A program made the position numbers and the translations under genes. 64,000 bases of DNA from assembly GCF_041956535.1 (NCBI RefSeq), contig NW_027192215.1, forward strand, positions 227,208-291,207. Reading direction: 5' to 3'. The notes below the pieces were generated by a model. The model was not told the origin of the DNA. It did not search any database and saw only the letters and a program-made list of their open reading frames with translations. Origin of the DNA: Calcarisporiella thermophila CBS 279.70. Its lineage: Eukaryota > Fungi > Calcarisporiellomycota. Positions within the stretch are counted from its first letter, which is position 1; each line of letters starts with the position of its first letter. Shown here piece by piece: positions 11,965-24,639 of the stretch.

Positions 11965-13361
11965 TTACTTGGTGCGCTTGTAGATCTTTTTCATGAACGT
12001 GGTGAACACCTCCTTCTTCACCAGGCTGTCGTCAACCTTGCTGATGAGATTGGAGATGCGCTCGTAGCTCTCCTCCTCGTACTTGCGGTACACGTCCTCC
12101 AGCTGCAGCTCCTGGTATACGCGCTTCACCACGGCAACCTTCTCGGGTGCCTTCCGCCCGTAGTTCTCCTCGAGCAGCTGGCGGTGCTCGGGCGACGCGC
12201 GGATCAGCGCCTGGTTGACGAGCCACGAGCACTTGTTGTCCTCGATATCCGTGCCGATTTTGCCAATGACTTCGGGGCTGCCGTAGCAGTCGAGATAGTC
12301 GTCCTAGAGGAGGAGGAGGGGGGGATGCTTGGTCAGTCAACTTGCCCGCTAGAACAGACGACGCCATCTCTGCTTTTTACCTGGATCTGGAAGTACTCGC
12401 CAAGAGGGATCAGAATGTCCTCGGCTTGCTTGTAGGCAGACTCGTTTTTGACGCCAGCCATGTGCATTGCGAGCGCAACCGGGAGGTAGAACGAGTAGTA
12501 GGCGGTCTTGTAGATGACAATCAGGCGGTACTTCTCCAGAGAGAACCGGTTGAGATCGATATTGTCCTCGGGCGCAGTGAGCAGGTCGAGGAGCTGGCCG
12601 ACCTCGGTCTTGTAGGTGATCTAAGAGGAAAGAAGGCACGTCAGCGCTTGGGACGGGGGTGAGGAAGCGGAGAGTGCGCCCTGGGTTGCTAAAGAGACGG
12701 GGAGGCGAGTCGTCCTTACCTCGCGGAAGAGCTCAATAAGGTCAACGTAGTATTCGTCCTGCTTGAAGTATTTCTTCAGGAGGATGTAGATGCACGATTC
12801 AAGCATGAAAGCGTCATTGATGGCAATGTTGCCGACCTTCTCCAGGCGGTACCAGCAGGGCTGTCCGCGGCGGGTAATCGAGCCATCCATAATGTCATCG
12901 GAAACAAGGAAGAACGCTTGGAGCTAGTAAAATCCGCAGGGGATGTCCGGGGTTATTCTTCTCGGTCGAAGAAAAAGAATGAAATGCAATGAAGTGAATG
13001 CACCCACCCATTCAACGCACCACCCCAACACGCTCGCCTTGAACACATCCTCCTCCGACAAGTCCGGCTTCAGAATTCTCAGGGTGTCGACGACACTCAA
13101 GCCGCGATTCATCTTTCCACCGGGAACATTGAAAAAGAGACTCTACAAAGCATCACGACGGAGTCAATGGTCGTGTCCTTTCCTCCACTTCTGCCCATGC
13201 TCTACGCCGCGTTGACTTACCTTTCGGAACCACTCGATAAACTCTTGAGGAATGCCCATCTTCGGGAGCTCGCTCAGGATTTCCTCGGCGAGCTTGGGAA
13301 AAACATCCGCGAAGGCTTTGAGGGCGGCCTCTTTAGACTCTGGTTTCTGAATGTTCGACAT
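11965..13361 (-). CDS. ERG20: Farnesyl diphosphate synthase, 5 exons
   Basis: [17 protein letters not shown]|[44 protein letters not shown]|[18 protein letters not shown], and C-terminal KKIYKRTK. Confidence 0.96.
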
Positions 13362-13841
13362 GGTTGAGGAGAGGGGAGGGTTAGACTAGCGGTGGATGAG
13401 GGGAATTGCGAGGAAGCCTCAGGAAATAGACGGATCTCTTTTATTTATTCGCGACTCCCCCCCCCCCCGGCCAATCGAACGCAATCATACGAAAATGCGT
13501 TCTGCCAATCGATTTGAGAGCCGAGGAGGGACTCTTTTTTGTCGGATTCAAGGAGAGGGATCCAGAGGGAACGTCAGGAGAAAAGCTCTCTCCATTATGT
13601 AGGTACGTATTTGCCAAAACATAAGCGCAGCAAGAGAGAAGGAGTTCTTTACATACATGAAGATGGGCCAACCCACCCACTATTCACAAAGAGAGGTCAC
13701 TGCCCATGAAATACCATCGATGATATAGAATATCCCCACCATCCTAAATCCACCATACCCTATCCCCTCCGTGAAGAACAACGGGACGGCATGGTTGCCC
13801 TGCCGCCGTTCCTCTCTTCTTCCCCCCCAGCCCGTCCCCCT

Positions 13842-14976
13842 TTACAAACGCACTCCGACCCGCGATTCCACCTCATGATACACCTCGTACCACCATTGAT
13901 AAAGTTCGTAGAATTCGCTTTCCATGGTTTTCTCATCCTCCATATCCTCCTCCCACGGCTTTTTGAGGATGTAATGCACACAGCGCACCTCTTCATCGCG
14001 CCACAGCTTCGCATGGCAGCTTCTCAGGGTCTTCAGCGCGTTGTAGTAGTAGGGGATCGGCTTCCACTGCCCCCGGAACACAATATTAAGGAAATCCTGG
14101 TCGGGGAAGTGAAACTGCTCGGAGGTTCGCGAGAGCAGATCCAGCATGTGGGAGTAGAGCGCAAGAGAGGGCGTCAGCACCATCAGACCGCTATTGAAGT
14201 AGGGGTTGAGGGCGGCGGGAGGGGCGGCGGACCTTGCCTGGTAGGTATAGGCACAGGCCTCCGGCTTCCTGTTCGTTACCAAGGGGATAATTAGTCCACG
14301 TCATTACGGAAATAAGAATGGGGAAGGTTAGGGTTGTTTCTCAGACCACTTCCCCCCCCCCCCCCCCAACTCCGAAGAGCAAGGGAAGAGCCCTGTTTGC
14401 AACGTGGAGGAGCAAGAGACGCTTACCAGTGGGAGGGGTACGATTTGATTCGCTTGGGATTGCACACGCACGCGTAGCTGGCCGCTATCCATCCCTCCTC
14501 GAGGGGCATGGTCATGAGCTCGTCCATGTTGCGCCGAACTAGCATGTCTGCATCCAGGAAGACGCACCGACCATACTCTTCGAGCCGCCACACGGCTAGC
14601 TTTGTCCAAGTGTCCACGTAGTGTTCGAATATGTACAAGGAGTGGCTGTGAACGACGGGGTCGATGGGGTGCAGGCGGAGTGGAGAGTCGAGAGGAAGGG
14701 CTTCCAGCTCGCGGAGCACGTGTGGGGAGACCGCCTGGGTGTGCATGACGACCAGGGGGTAGCGGCTGGCGACCTGCCTGAGAGATTCGGCGAGCACCTT
14801 GGAGAGAAAAGGCGATGAGTCATGCGGTCATGAGAAAAGGGACAAGAGCGGGAGCCTACCTTGACGCCGGATGCATACGAATCGCGGGTAATTAATGTGA
14901 CCCAGCACATCTTCTTGTCGCCCGCCTGGCTCTCTTTTGAATCCTCGGCATCGCTGTGATTTTCGAATTTGGCCAT
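13842..14976 (-). CDS. Glycosyltransferase family 8 protein (glycogenin/galactinol synthase-like), 3 exons
   Basis: WVTLIT..Y..GV, WTKL, VFLDADMLV (DxD motif), YFNSGLMVLTP, FPDQDFLN, YNALK, VHYILKKPW. Confidence 0.92.
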
Positions 14977-17097
14977 CGCTAATGATTCATGAGAAAGAAT
15001 TGCTTATTTTGCGAGCAACAACCCGGCCAAATAAACGTTCGACCGATATCGCACCGAATACCCGAATGCGTTATTAAAGTTCCATTGGCTGATTTATTTG
15101 GTTCCAGAGTCCTACACGTGGGATTTTGCATTCGGTTCAAAAGCAGTCCCATCCAGGTCTCATGCCAACGGCGATCTTCGTGGAAGAAAAGGACGACTCC
15201 CACACAGTCAATATCAGCTTAACCAGACAGCAGCGGCATTCTCTTTCTCTCTTTCCCTCTGCTTAAGCTTGGCAAAGACTCCACCTATTGCCATGCTAGC
15301 TAACTGCACAGCTCCCATATGATTCTACCCACCACATGACTCTGCAAAGTTGTTTACTACATTGTCACGCTCATATTAGCGCAAGAGGAATTAAAATCAT
15401 CCCACTCCCTTGGAGGGCAAGGTCATCTGGAGGCTTTCTGTGAGGACTACCTCTTAGTGCAGCGAAATTCCAAGATCGCGCCTCGAACACCCGGATTAGA
15501 AAAATTGGGTGAGAGGAATGAAGGCCGAAATGGATAGCGAAATTATAAAGGCAAAACAGCTAGCTCGTAATTGAGCCAGAAGCTAAGCGTTAATAGTTTT
15601 GGCAAGGCTCGCTCTCTTGGCCCTAATACTTTCCAGGAGGAGATGAGCGATGGTGGCGGACGCCAACCTTGATCAATTTTCACAATCTTAGTCTGCGCAA
15701 ATCAAAATGGCCCTATACTAACCCTCCTCCTGGAAACCAGTCATAAATATATTGAGGGGCGGGGAGGGGGCCAATCGTCCTGAATGTATTCTTAGTTTCT
15801 AGCTATTTCTCTTCGCTGAGAAAAGAGCCAAGGAGGCGGAGACGACCAAAACGGATTGCGAACCATGCGGAGTCAAGCAAGCCAGATAGTTGGATTTTGG
15901 GGGTGGACCGGCGATCGGCAGCCTACGCGCCTTACGTGTTGTATCTGCCGGGCTCTGGGGGAAAAGGAGAGGGCTATTGAATGAGAACGCGACTGCTGAG
16001 GAAAATCCGGCGGATTCATTCAGCCAAATAAGGATGGAAATCCGTGAATCTACGACTGGGTTGAATTAGTAATCGAATTCTAAAATATCAAGCATCCTGA
16101 AAAGAGAAGAGATGTGATCGTCCTCCTGTCGCCCTCCTGAAAATGGTGGGAGGGTAACATTGGCCGTGGAGTAGATTGGGGGGCCCTTGCAGCCACCGCT
16201 GCTCCAGAGTCCTCCGTGCGCCAAAGCATCACCGCGGGAAATTCCATAGTGGCCAGGCCCATTGGAACGGGTATGCTTGCGTGGGGAAGTCCTCATTCTG
16301 CCCCTCCAGAGCGGGGGCGATTGGCCTAATGAGTCACCAAGGTTCTCTGATGGAGGGTGTTCGTCATGAATGGATCAAATCGGCCCGTGTGCATGAATAT
16401 TGGGCTCGTTTTGAGCCTCCCAAACACGATCAAGCTCGCGGCGGCTTCCGGCTTTCCCCACACTTCCGCTTCCCCTTCCCCTCCCCCTTCCCCGCGAAAT
16501 AACATCGCATCCCAACAAAGCATGGTACAAGAAGCATGCCACCCTTCTCGACGCGGCCCCGTCCTGAAACGTTCGAGTCCACGGCTGGCCATGGCCGGCT
16601 CCATAGGAGCTCAGTCCCCACCGCTCCGCTCAAGCCACCTCGCGAGTCTGTTCTACGCACATGAAGGGAGGCGGGTTCTGTGGGACTCCGCCCGCTCAAC
16701 CCTCCCTCCCCCCCATTCCCTTACCGCCTCCGAAGATCTGCACCTTGCATCTCCGTCGACGTCATCCGATACGGGGGCTATTTTTGTTTCCACGCAAGCT
16801 AAACCATAGAACAGGTTAGTGCTTAGCTGAGCTGGTTTAGGCTTCGGAGTCTCGATAGGGGAGAACACCTCGTCGAAACCTTGCTCTCCACCCAGTGTCT
16901 GCAGTGGCATCGCCGCTTCACCATTTGCTTATCGCCGTGGTGCTTGTTTTTAGCTAGAGGCAATCGATTGTTTATATTTATTTTGGGATTCAGCAAAATA
17001 CCCGAGGTAACAATAGAAGAAGACAAACGAGGACATATTTAAAATATATATCATTATATATATATATATGGATGGAAACATGAGATAGGTTATAAAA

Positions 17098-17166
17098 ATA
17101 AAGAAGAAGAAGAAGAGGAAGAGGAAGAGGAAGAGGAAGAGGAAGGGGGAGAGGAGGAGGAGGAAG
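17098..17166. repeat. (AAG)/(AAGAGG)n purine microsatellite in a 3' UTR/terminator region
   Basis: aagaagaaga agaagaggaa gaggaagagg... run. Confidence 0.8.
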
Positions 17167-17381
17167 GCAAAAAGAAGGATTAGCAAGAGGGTTTAAAAAA
17201 TAATAGGGCTTTTCGATAATGTTCCAAAAAAAATTATTCAAAATAAAAAGGATAAATATTTTAAACAACAGGCGAAGATAAAGAAGAAAGAGGCGGCGGG
17301 AAAATGATGCATTTTCACAGTAAACAGAGATGGGGGTTCACCCCGACACCAGCGAGAGTCAGATGAGGTGGAGACGAGGCG

Positions 17382-18361
17382 TCAGAGCGCGAAGCCGCCC
17401 GACCCGCCGTTCATGCCAAACCGGTCCGGTGTGGAGGAGTCGCCCGTGGGCTGCTCTAACCGCGCGCGTTTGCCCGTGCGCTCGTCGGCATCCTCCTCCT
17501 CGCGGCCGCCCATCATCACATCCTCTTCCCGCCACTCGTTGAACTCTTGCGACAGGGTGCCGGACTGCTCCATCAGCGACAGCTGGTCGGAGGAGGTGGT
17601 GGTGGGAGTGGAGGGGGCCGTGACGGCGACGGCGACGGCGACGGTGGAAGAGGAGGAGGGGGAGGTTGGCGACGGGGCGGAGGAGGACAAGGTATCCGAG
17701 GCGGCGAGAGAGGCGGAGGCGGGGTTGCCCGCCGGGGTTATCATGTCAAGGTCGGAGGAGGAGCGGGGCGAGGGGGGAGCGTTGGACACAGCGACGGGGA
17801 GAAGCGGGGCGGGGGCCGAGGGCATGGGTGCGCCACGCTTCCGCTTGCGCTTATTAATCTCCTCGAACCCACGCTCCAGGCGCATGATCCAGAATTCGAG
17901 AAGCCGCCGCCGATCGACCTCCCAGCCGTAGGTGATGAGGCGCACGAGATGCTGGCGCGGGGCCGGCTCCCATGCATCCGTGATCCACCGCACCACCCGG
18001 GCCACATCGGGCACGGCTGGTTTACGGGAGGCAATTAACCGACGGAGCCGCTCTCCTGTGCATGAGAGATTGGCGGGCGAGCGAACCCACTGTGCAAATG
18101 TGGTACGGTACCGAGTATCCATGGCGCGCACCGCCGATTCGATTGCTTCGGCGGTGAGCGGCCTCTTGGTGGATGGTGCTGGGTCCACTCCGGCGGAGAA
18201 GGCTATGTTCGGCGAGATCAAAGGCATTAGCAAAGAAGAGAAAGATGGGCGAGCAGAGCGAGGCGCAATGCAGAATCATTACCATCATGGAATCCTCGAT
18301 CAAACTTATATTGATTGGCATTAAAGCTAAAACTGCTGTTGGCATCACCGTTGGCCATCAT
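17382..18361 (-). CDS. Hypothetical protein (helical N-terminal region, basic NLS-like KRKRKR, Ser/Pro-rich tail), 2 exons
   Basis: Exon MMANGD..FDRGFHD ends at a GTAATG donor and splices in frame (ATAG acceptor near 18203) into ORF 17382-18233. High GC3. No family recognised. Confidence 0.7.
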
Positions 18362-19604
18362 GGGGCAACAATAGACTCTGTGGAGATGGCTAAGGGTCAG
18401 TGAAGGGAACAGATGATTGGGTGGTGGGAAGACGGGCGGAAGCACACCTCGTAAGATTCAAGCGCGGATGGACAACAATCACAGCAGAGGCGATGGATGC
18501 GAATGGCAACAGAGGGAGAGGGGAGGCTGGCTGATGGCGAGGGGGATGGGGAGAGGCGAGGGGAGAGGCAGGCGAGGCGCCAGGGGGGGGAATTGGCAGC
18601 AATGGGGAGAGGGGGGATTGGCAGATGGGAAAGCGAGGGAGAAAGCGAAGAGAAAATAAAAAAGAGGGATGAGGAAGAACAACTCAAGGGAGAGGGGGCA
18701 GATGGGTTCAGTGGATCAAAGAGGGCAGAAATTAAGGTGCAAGCTCCCGCTAAGTCGTACAGGTCGAGAGTCGAAAACGAAACAAAAGTCTGCGCCCACA
18801 AGTTTCCTGCGCACAAATAATGAACGACTCAAGGTGTGGCGGCTTTGGCCCTAGGATTCGCTCTGGCCTCTGCCCACATTCCTTCAATGCGACTGAACTC
18901 TAAAACGGGGCCTCTGTGTCCATCCTGAGAAACCATTTTCCGATCTGAAATCCAAGCCCCCTCTGCAGCCCCGTCTGCAACCCGCCCGCCATTTGGCAGG
19001 CCTCTCGAAGATTGCGCACGGAACATTCCTGGCCCTCTCGCTTGATTCCAGTGAAATTTCAGTCTCCTTGGTCTTTTTGCAAAGACAACCGCGGCCGCCT
19101 CTGCTTCCCGTCGTCCTTCTGTTTAGTTGCGCCCTGTGTTCGGTTGTGTTTTAATACTTTATATCCACCATATATCGGCCATTTTTGTTAGCATTTTGAC
19201 ACCTCGGCGAGTATAAATTGTGGAGGTAAGTCGGGCCTCTTCTCCTCCGTTGTGAAGGTGTGTGGGGTGAGTGGAGTAGACGCGGATATAAGTTTATATA
19301 CACCCAACTAAAAGAAGAGGCGTAAAGAGTGCCTTATACCCTTATAAACAATCAAAAAAAAAAACGAATAGAGCGGTTGCTATATAACTCTTCATGGCTA
19401 TTTAGATATTGTCAACATCGAAGGGCAAAAAAAAAACTCGTAAAAAAAGTGGATTGAATATAAGGTATAGAGGGACAATTAAAAGGTAACGACGCTAGCT
19501 TCGTGACCCCCTCAAGACGATCTCCTCCTCACCTTCTGCGCTATGCCTTTCTAGACTGAGCCATTTATACATAGCTAACGACAACAACTAGGATAAAAAC
19601 TTTG

Positions 19605-20964
19605 ATGCGACTAGGAGCCTTCCTGCTTCTCCTGACTGTTTCCTTAGTGAACGTTTCGTGCGCACCTCACGACACGACATCCTCCCTCACTTCTGGAGCT
19701 ACGTTTTCGAGACGCGAGTGCGGTGGGGACGGGGGGAGAGCCTGTAACAATGCGCAAGTGTGCGATAAATGTGACTGTGGGGCCCGATACTGGGCCTCAG
19801 AATGCCATGAGCTGTGCTGCCTTGGTGACCAAGCCTCGCTCAGGAGAATAGACCCCCCTGTTGCCGAGCAAGACCAACAGTCAACTTTAGGCAATGCGAC
19901 CAACGGAAGCGCTTGGCAGCGGTCGGACACAAAGGATGGAGACAAGATAAATATGGCGGTCGGTCGTAAGTAGTCCCCCGCCTACTCTCTTATCCCGTGG
20001 AATGGACGAGTGATGCCATTTCTCCTTTGAATGGTTAGGCCTTCCGGAGGGTGTGTATATAACGCCAGAACGCGCCCTCATCGGCGCCCTTCTCATGCTA
20101 ATGGGGGTGTTCTTGATGTTCGGCGCGTTCCGCTATTTCCGCCCTGCCATGTTTGTGGTTGGCTTCCTCTCGATCTCAATAGTGGCCTTCGTCGCACTGG
20201 CGAACGCCGAGCCTGTGCAGTTGTACGAAAACCGTAGCGCCGTTTACATAGGGGTTATATTTGCGTTTGCTCTGGTGGGGGGGATTGGGTTTCTATTTCT
20301 ATATAAAATCGGGATATTTCTGCTGGGAGGTAAGCCAACTTGACCTCCGGTGGTTGCCGGGCAGCTGACTAAATGTGTTCCATAGGTCTCGGAGGACTTT
20401 CCATGGCGCTACATTTCTTATCGTGGAATCAGACCCACTTGATTTCTCAGGTGAGCAGAGCGGCCTCTCCTCTCTGGATGCCAACTTACTCTCCCTATCC
20501 TCCAATGCACTGATGGCATCACCGAATCGATGCAGGATATTTCCCGTTATTTTCTTATTGCCTCTTTTATCATCGTTGGGATTTTCTTAACGGCTTTTGC
20601 CGAGCGCTGGGTCGCTATTGTATGTCTTGCGTTTTCGGGCGCGATGGCCGCGGTGGTGGGGATGGATTTCTTCGTCAACACGGGCCTCGTGGCCTCCATC
20701 TGGGATGTACTGGATGACAACGCTTCGCGCATGATCGTGTACGAGCCCTCCTGGCGCACCTATGTCGAGCTCTCCACCGTGCTGGTGCTTGCCCTGATTA
20801 GCACCGGCGTGCACCACTTTGTCAACTACGGTCGTGAATTCGGCGTAAACCCGGCCCAGGAGAGCTCTCCGGAGAGCGGGAGGGCGGCGGGGAGCGCAGC
20901 GGACGGGAAGGAGGAGGAAGAGGAGGAGGAGGGTGGGCACGATGACGACAAGAAGGAGGGATAG
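19605..20964 (+). CDS. DUF4203/TMEM198-like multipass membrane protein with signal peptide and 8-Cys N-terminal module, 4 coding exons
   Basis: Signal peptide MRLGAFLLLLTVSLVNVSCA; LMFGAFRYFRPAMFVVGF; IGIFLLGG|LGGLSMAL; AFSGAMAAVVGMDFFVNTG; acidic tail. Probable 5' UTR intron about 19226-19591 (GTAAGT..GCTAAC..CTAG). Confidence 0.82.
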
Positions 20965-21669
20965 CTATCCAATCTATGCAAATATGGTGCGCAAATTCGC
21001 AGTCACGCTGATATTCAGCCCTAAGCTATGCCGTATGCTATGCACGACCCACTTTTTATGGTATTCCGTATTCATGGTCGCCATTTTTTTTCATTATTGA
21101 GCTGCTACCGTTGCAGTGTGTTATGCATGTCGCGCTGTTTATTATTACTATCATTTCCCTTTATTAAATATTTAATCAGTGCCCATTTCCGCTATTTTTT
21201 ATTATCCCCCGTTAATTTTAGCCGTTGTAGTATGTGTGGCTTCTCCCCCTTAATAACCCTCATGTAGCAGTGCTGATGTTCTCGACCTATTAGTTCTATC
21301 GTCCATGGTTAGCAATAAACTGGGTTTCTCCAGAAGGAGTTGGCGCCAGAGAGGCAAAGCAGGCGTGGGGCATGCCCGGCTGAGGAGAGAGGCAGGGAGG
21401 AGGGAGGGCAGAGGAGATTATTCAAGGAGTTTAGTCTTTGATCCATTGTAAAACGTAAGCAAGTTTGGATTTTTGTATTTGCATTTGGATTTTTTTCACT
21501 TGCACAATCACATTACTGGATTTGAGAAAAAGCAGGCAGGGCTACATTATATTGGATTTTTGAGTTTATTAGGAATCCTCCTCACGGCCAATCACCGCCC
21601 GCCCTCCTAATTTTTCTTACTCGCGAATCTCTCTTGCATCGACCGTGGCTCCTGCCTCGAGGTCGGTTT

Positions 21670-22230
21670 ACGCGTAAGGAAAGAAAGCAAAATAACGGTT
21701 AACAACGGGGCGTATAACAAAGGAAAATCTTATTTAATTGCTAACGGATATCCCGCTTTTCCTCTTCTTTTTTTTTTCCTCTTTACTTTTTTTCCCCCTT
21801 CCTCCCCCTCTTCGTATATTTTTTTTTCTCTTTGTTTCTCATTGCTCGGGTGTCTTTATTCCCCCCTTTCTACTGCCCTATTGGTTTTAGGCACCGACAA
21901 TAGAACAAAAAGAAAAAAAAACAACGCGCTCCAGCCCAAAGTCCAGAGTGGGCGCGAACTCCCTTTGTTGTGTACTCCTTGTGCAATTCTCTTTTTGGTC
22001 TGTTTCTTTCCCCCTTCTTCGTTCTTCCCATCAATCTTTTATTCCCATCTCGCCAATCCCAAGTTGTGCCATCATTTTTCATTTTAATGATTAGCTTTGA
22101 TTGATACTGCTTAAACCCAACGCGCCATTTTAAAACAAATTGTTAGCCCGCTTTTTTTTATTTCTATTTTTTTTTTTTCTAGTCAGCTATTTGTTTATCT
22201 TTACCTACTTACGCGACTTACTTTACGCGT
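21670..22230 (+). promoter_or_regulatory. Cluster of MCB-like ACGCG(T) elements upstream of the forkhead gene
   Basis: ACGCGT at 21670 and 22225, ACGCG at about 21924, 22120 and 22211, in an otherwise AT-rich promoter/leader. Confidence 0.45.
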
Positions 22231-22425
22231 CTGCTCCAATTTATTTTTTTTTATCCCTCTCTTCTCATTGAACTTTCTTCCACTGCCATTGCACACGGAC
22301 TTATCTCGTGTTATTTTATTCATACCATTTTTCTCTTTGTTTCATTTTTTTTTCTTCTCTGAGCGCGACTACCTATAGTTATTATCAGCTACTGATACTT
22401 GTTGGGTGAATAAGAACAACCATTC

Positions 22426-24639
22426 ATGGCGAAGAATCCCGCAAAGCCCAGACCTGCTAATTCGTCCGGCTCCAACTACCTGGCCGTGGACCGAATGACA
22501 TTCCACATTGACTCTCGCGCGACGCGTCGCTCCACCGACCTTCCCCACGAAGGCTACTTTTCGTTCTCGTCGGTTGCTAGCAACGCCGGCTTTATCAACC
22601 TTGGCAAACCTGCCCCCACCCCCTCCAGCAAGGAAGGCGTGCCGCTAATGAAAATCGCTAAGCCGTTGGCCGCCGAGCGGCGACGAAAACCGCTCGCCGA
22701 ATTCCGGCCGAATGCGAAGCTCGTGCGAAGCCAGAGCGCGTCGGTCATACCGTCGAAGCATCGCTATGAAGACCAAGAGAATCAGCAGGAAAACCTGCCA
22801 AACAAGATGCATGAACCGGTACTAAAAGGGAGTGCACTCAAGGAAGAGGCACGAGGAGTCACGGGAGGAGGAGAGAAGAGAAGGCGTGGGCGCCGTGACG
22901 ATGCCGGCAAGACCGTCAGGGACTCGCCGCCCCCCGCGGCGAAGCGTGCCCGCCCACCCAAGCCGACCAAGTCCGTGTCCATGATCGAGACGACGCGAAC
23001 CCCGCAGCCCGATGGTCGTTACAATCCCAATCAGAAGCCTCCGTATTCGTACGCCACCCTTATTGCGCAGGCGCTATTGTCGAACGAATCGCGGCGGTTG
23101 ACTCTGAGCGAGATATACTTGTGGATTTCGGAGCACTATCCCTACTACCATATGCACGACAACAATGGCTGGCAGGTGAGTGTGCTGTGTCTGTTGCTCA
23201 TCTCTCCTTCCCCTCCCCCTCTCCCCCCCCTCCATCCCTCCTCCTTAGATCCGTTGTGGGCTTGCGCGTCTCCTCCCCCGCTAACCCTGGACTATTTCCA
23301 ATCGTAGAACTCGATTCGGCACAACCTTTCCGTCAACAAGGCATTTAAGAAGGTCGAGCGGCCCCACCCCCTTCTTGGGAAGACACACAAGGGTTCGTAC
23401 TGGTGCCTGGATCCCTCGGCAGAGCAGTCGTTTAAGCGCAAGTATGCAATGATGAATGAAGAATGCAGAAACGCTGTGCCCCTTATGAACAAAGCAACCG
23501 CTCTGCAGCGAGCGTGTGCCGCGAGTCAGCGAAGGCGACAGAGCCTTGATGTGGAGTCTAGCTCGGCCATATCGAGACCGGTCCCCGGCCAGAAACGAAG
23601 GCCTGGGCGCCCTAAGCGCGCGTCTTTGGGGGTGTCCGAGGGCGAAAGTGAGGGAGAGGATGAGGATGAGGACGGGGGGGATGACAATGGAAAGCCCTCC
23701 CGGCCCTTGCGCAGCACGGAAACCGCGGACGAGAGGGTCGAATCTAAAGTAGCGAAGGAGGAAACAGCCGCAGCAAAGAGCGACAGCGCACTCAAGTCTA
23801 AATTCGAGTTCGATCAGTCGCGACTTTTCATGAATCACCAGCTGTTGTCATCGATTCTTCCCCCCGAAAAGAAGCCCAAATATGCAAGCCTGACGAAGGC
23901 AACCGAGGCCTCTGCATGGAGACAGCAGCACAGGCGGCTCTCTTCCCCGCCTCTCTCCCCTATGTGCAGCTTTTCCGAGGGCGAAGAGGACGACAGCAGC
24001 GAGGACGAGAGGTTCGATCTGAGCGCGTCTTACTACCACAGCCAACGACCACGCTACCCCACCCTCTCGTCCAAGCACCTCAAGCACATCACGAAGCTTC
24101 GTAGCTGCAGCTCGCCGGAACGATCGCCCCCCTCTCCCATGAACAGCCCCAAGCTGGCGCCCGCTCATGCTCCGAATTTGGGGGCAAGGGAGGAAGAGGG
24201 AGTGAGAGTGGGTGAGCGTGCCCTGCACGGAGACGAAGAGGCCCGAGAGATGCGGGAGGGAGAGGAGGTCGAGAACGAGCTGGGCCACGCGTTCTACCAC
24301 GAGCATTCACTCCTTTACAACTCCTTGAATTGTCCGGAACTGGTCGATGTTCCCTGGGGTGTGCACCTCTCGAGTCTCGACTTCTCAAGGACTCCAATCT
24401 CGCGTGAAGACGACGGAACCCTTGCTCCTCTTATGACTGCCCTGCCAACCTCCTCTTCGGGGCCATGCACCCTCCTCCCTCCCTCCATCTCCTTCACCCC
24501 TTCCTCCATTCTGATGGCACTTTCCTCTAACCCCCCCGGCCACCTTTCCGGCACGGGCTCGATGACCAACCATGGTGGAGCCTTCCCCATTGAGCCATTG
24601 AGATTTGGCTCCTTGGCAAACGACCTATTCATGTTTTGA
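22426..24639 (+). CDS. Forkhead-box transcription factor without FHA domain (Hcm1/Sep1-like), 2 exons
   Basis: KPPYSYATLIAQAL..LTLSEIYLWI..GWQ|NSIRHNLSVNKAFKKV..KGSYWCLD. Intron 23176-23307; continues in ORF 23449-24639. Confidence 0.93.
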
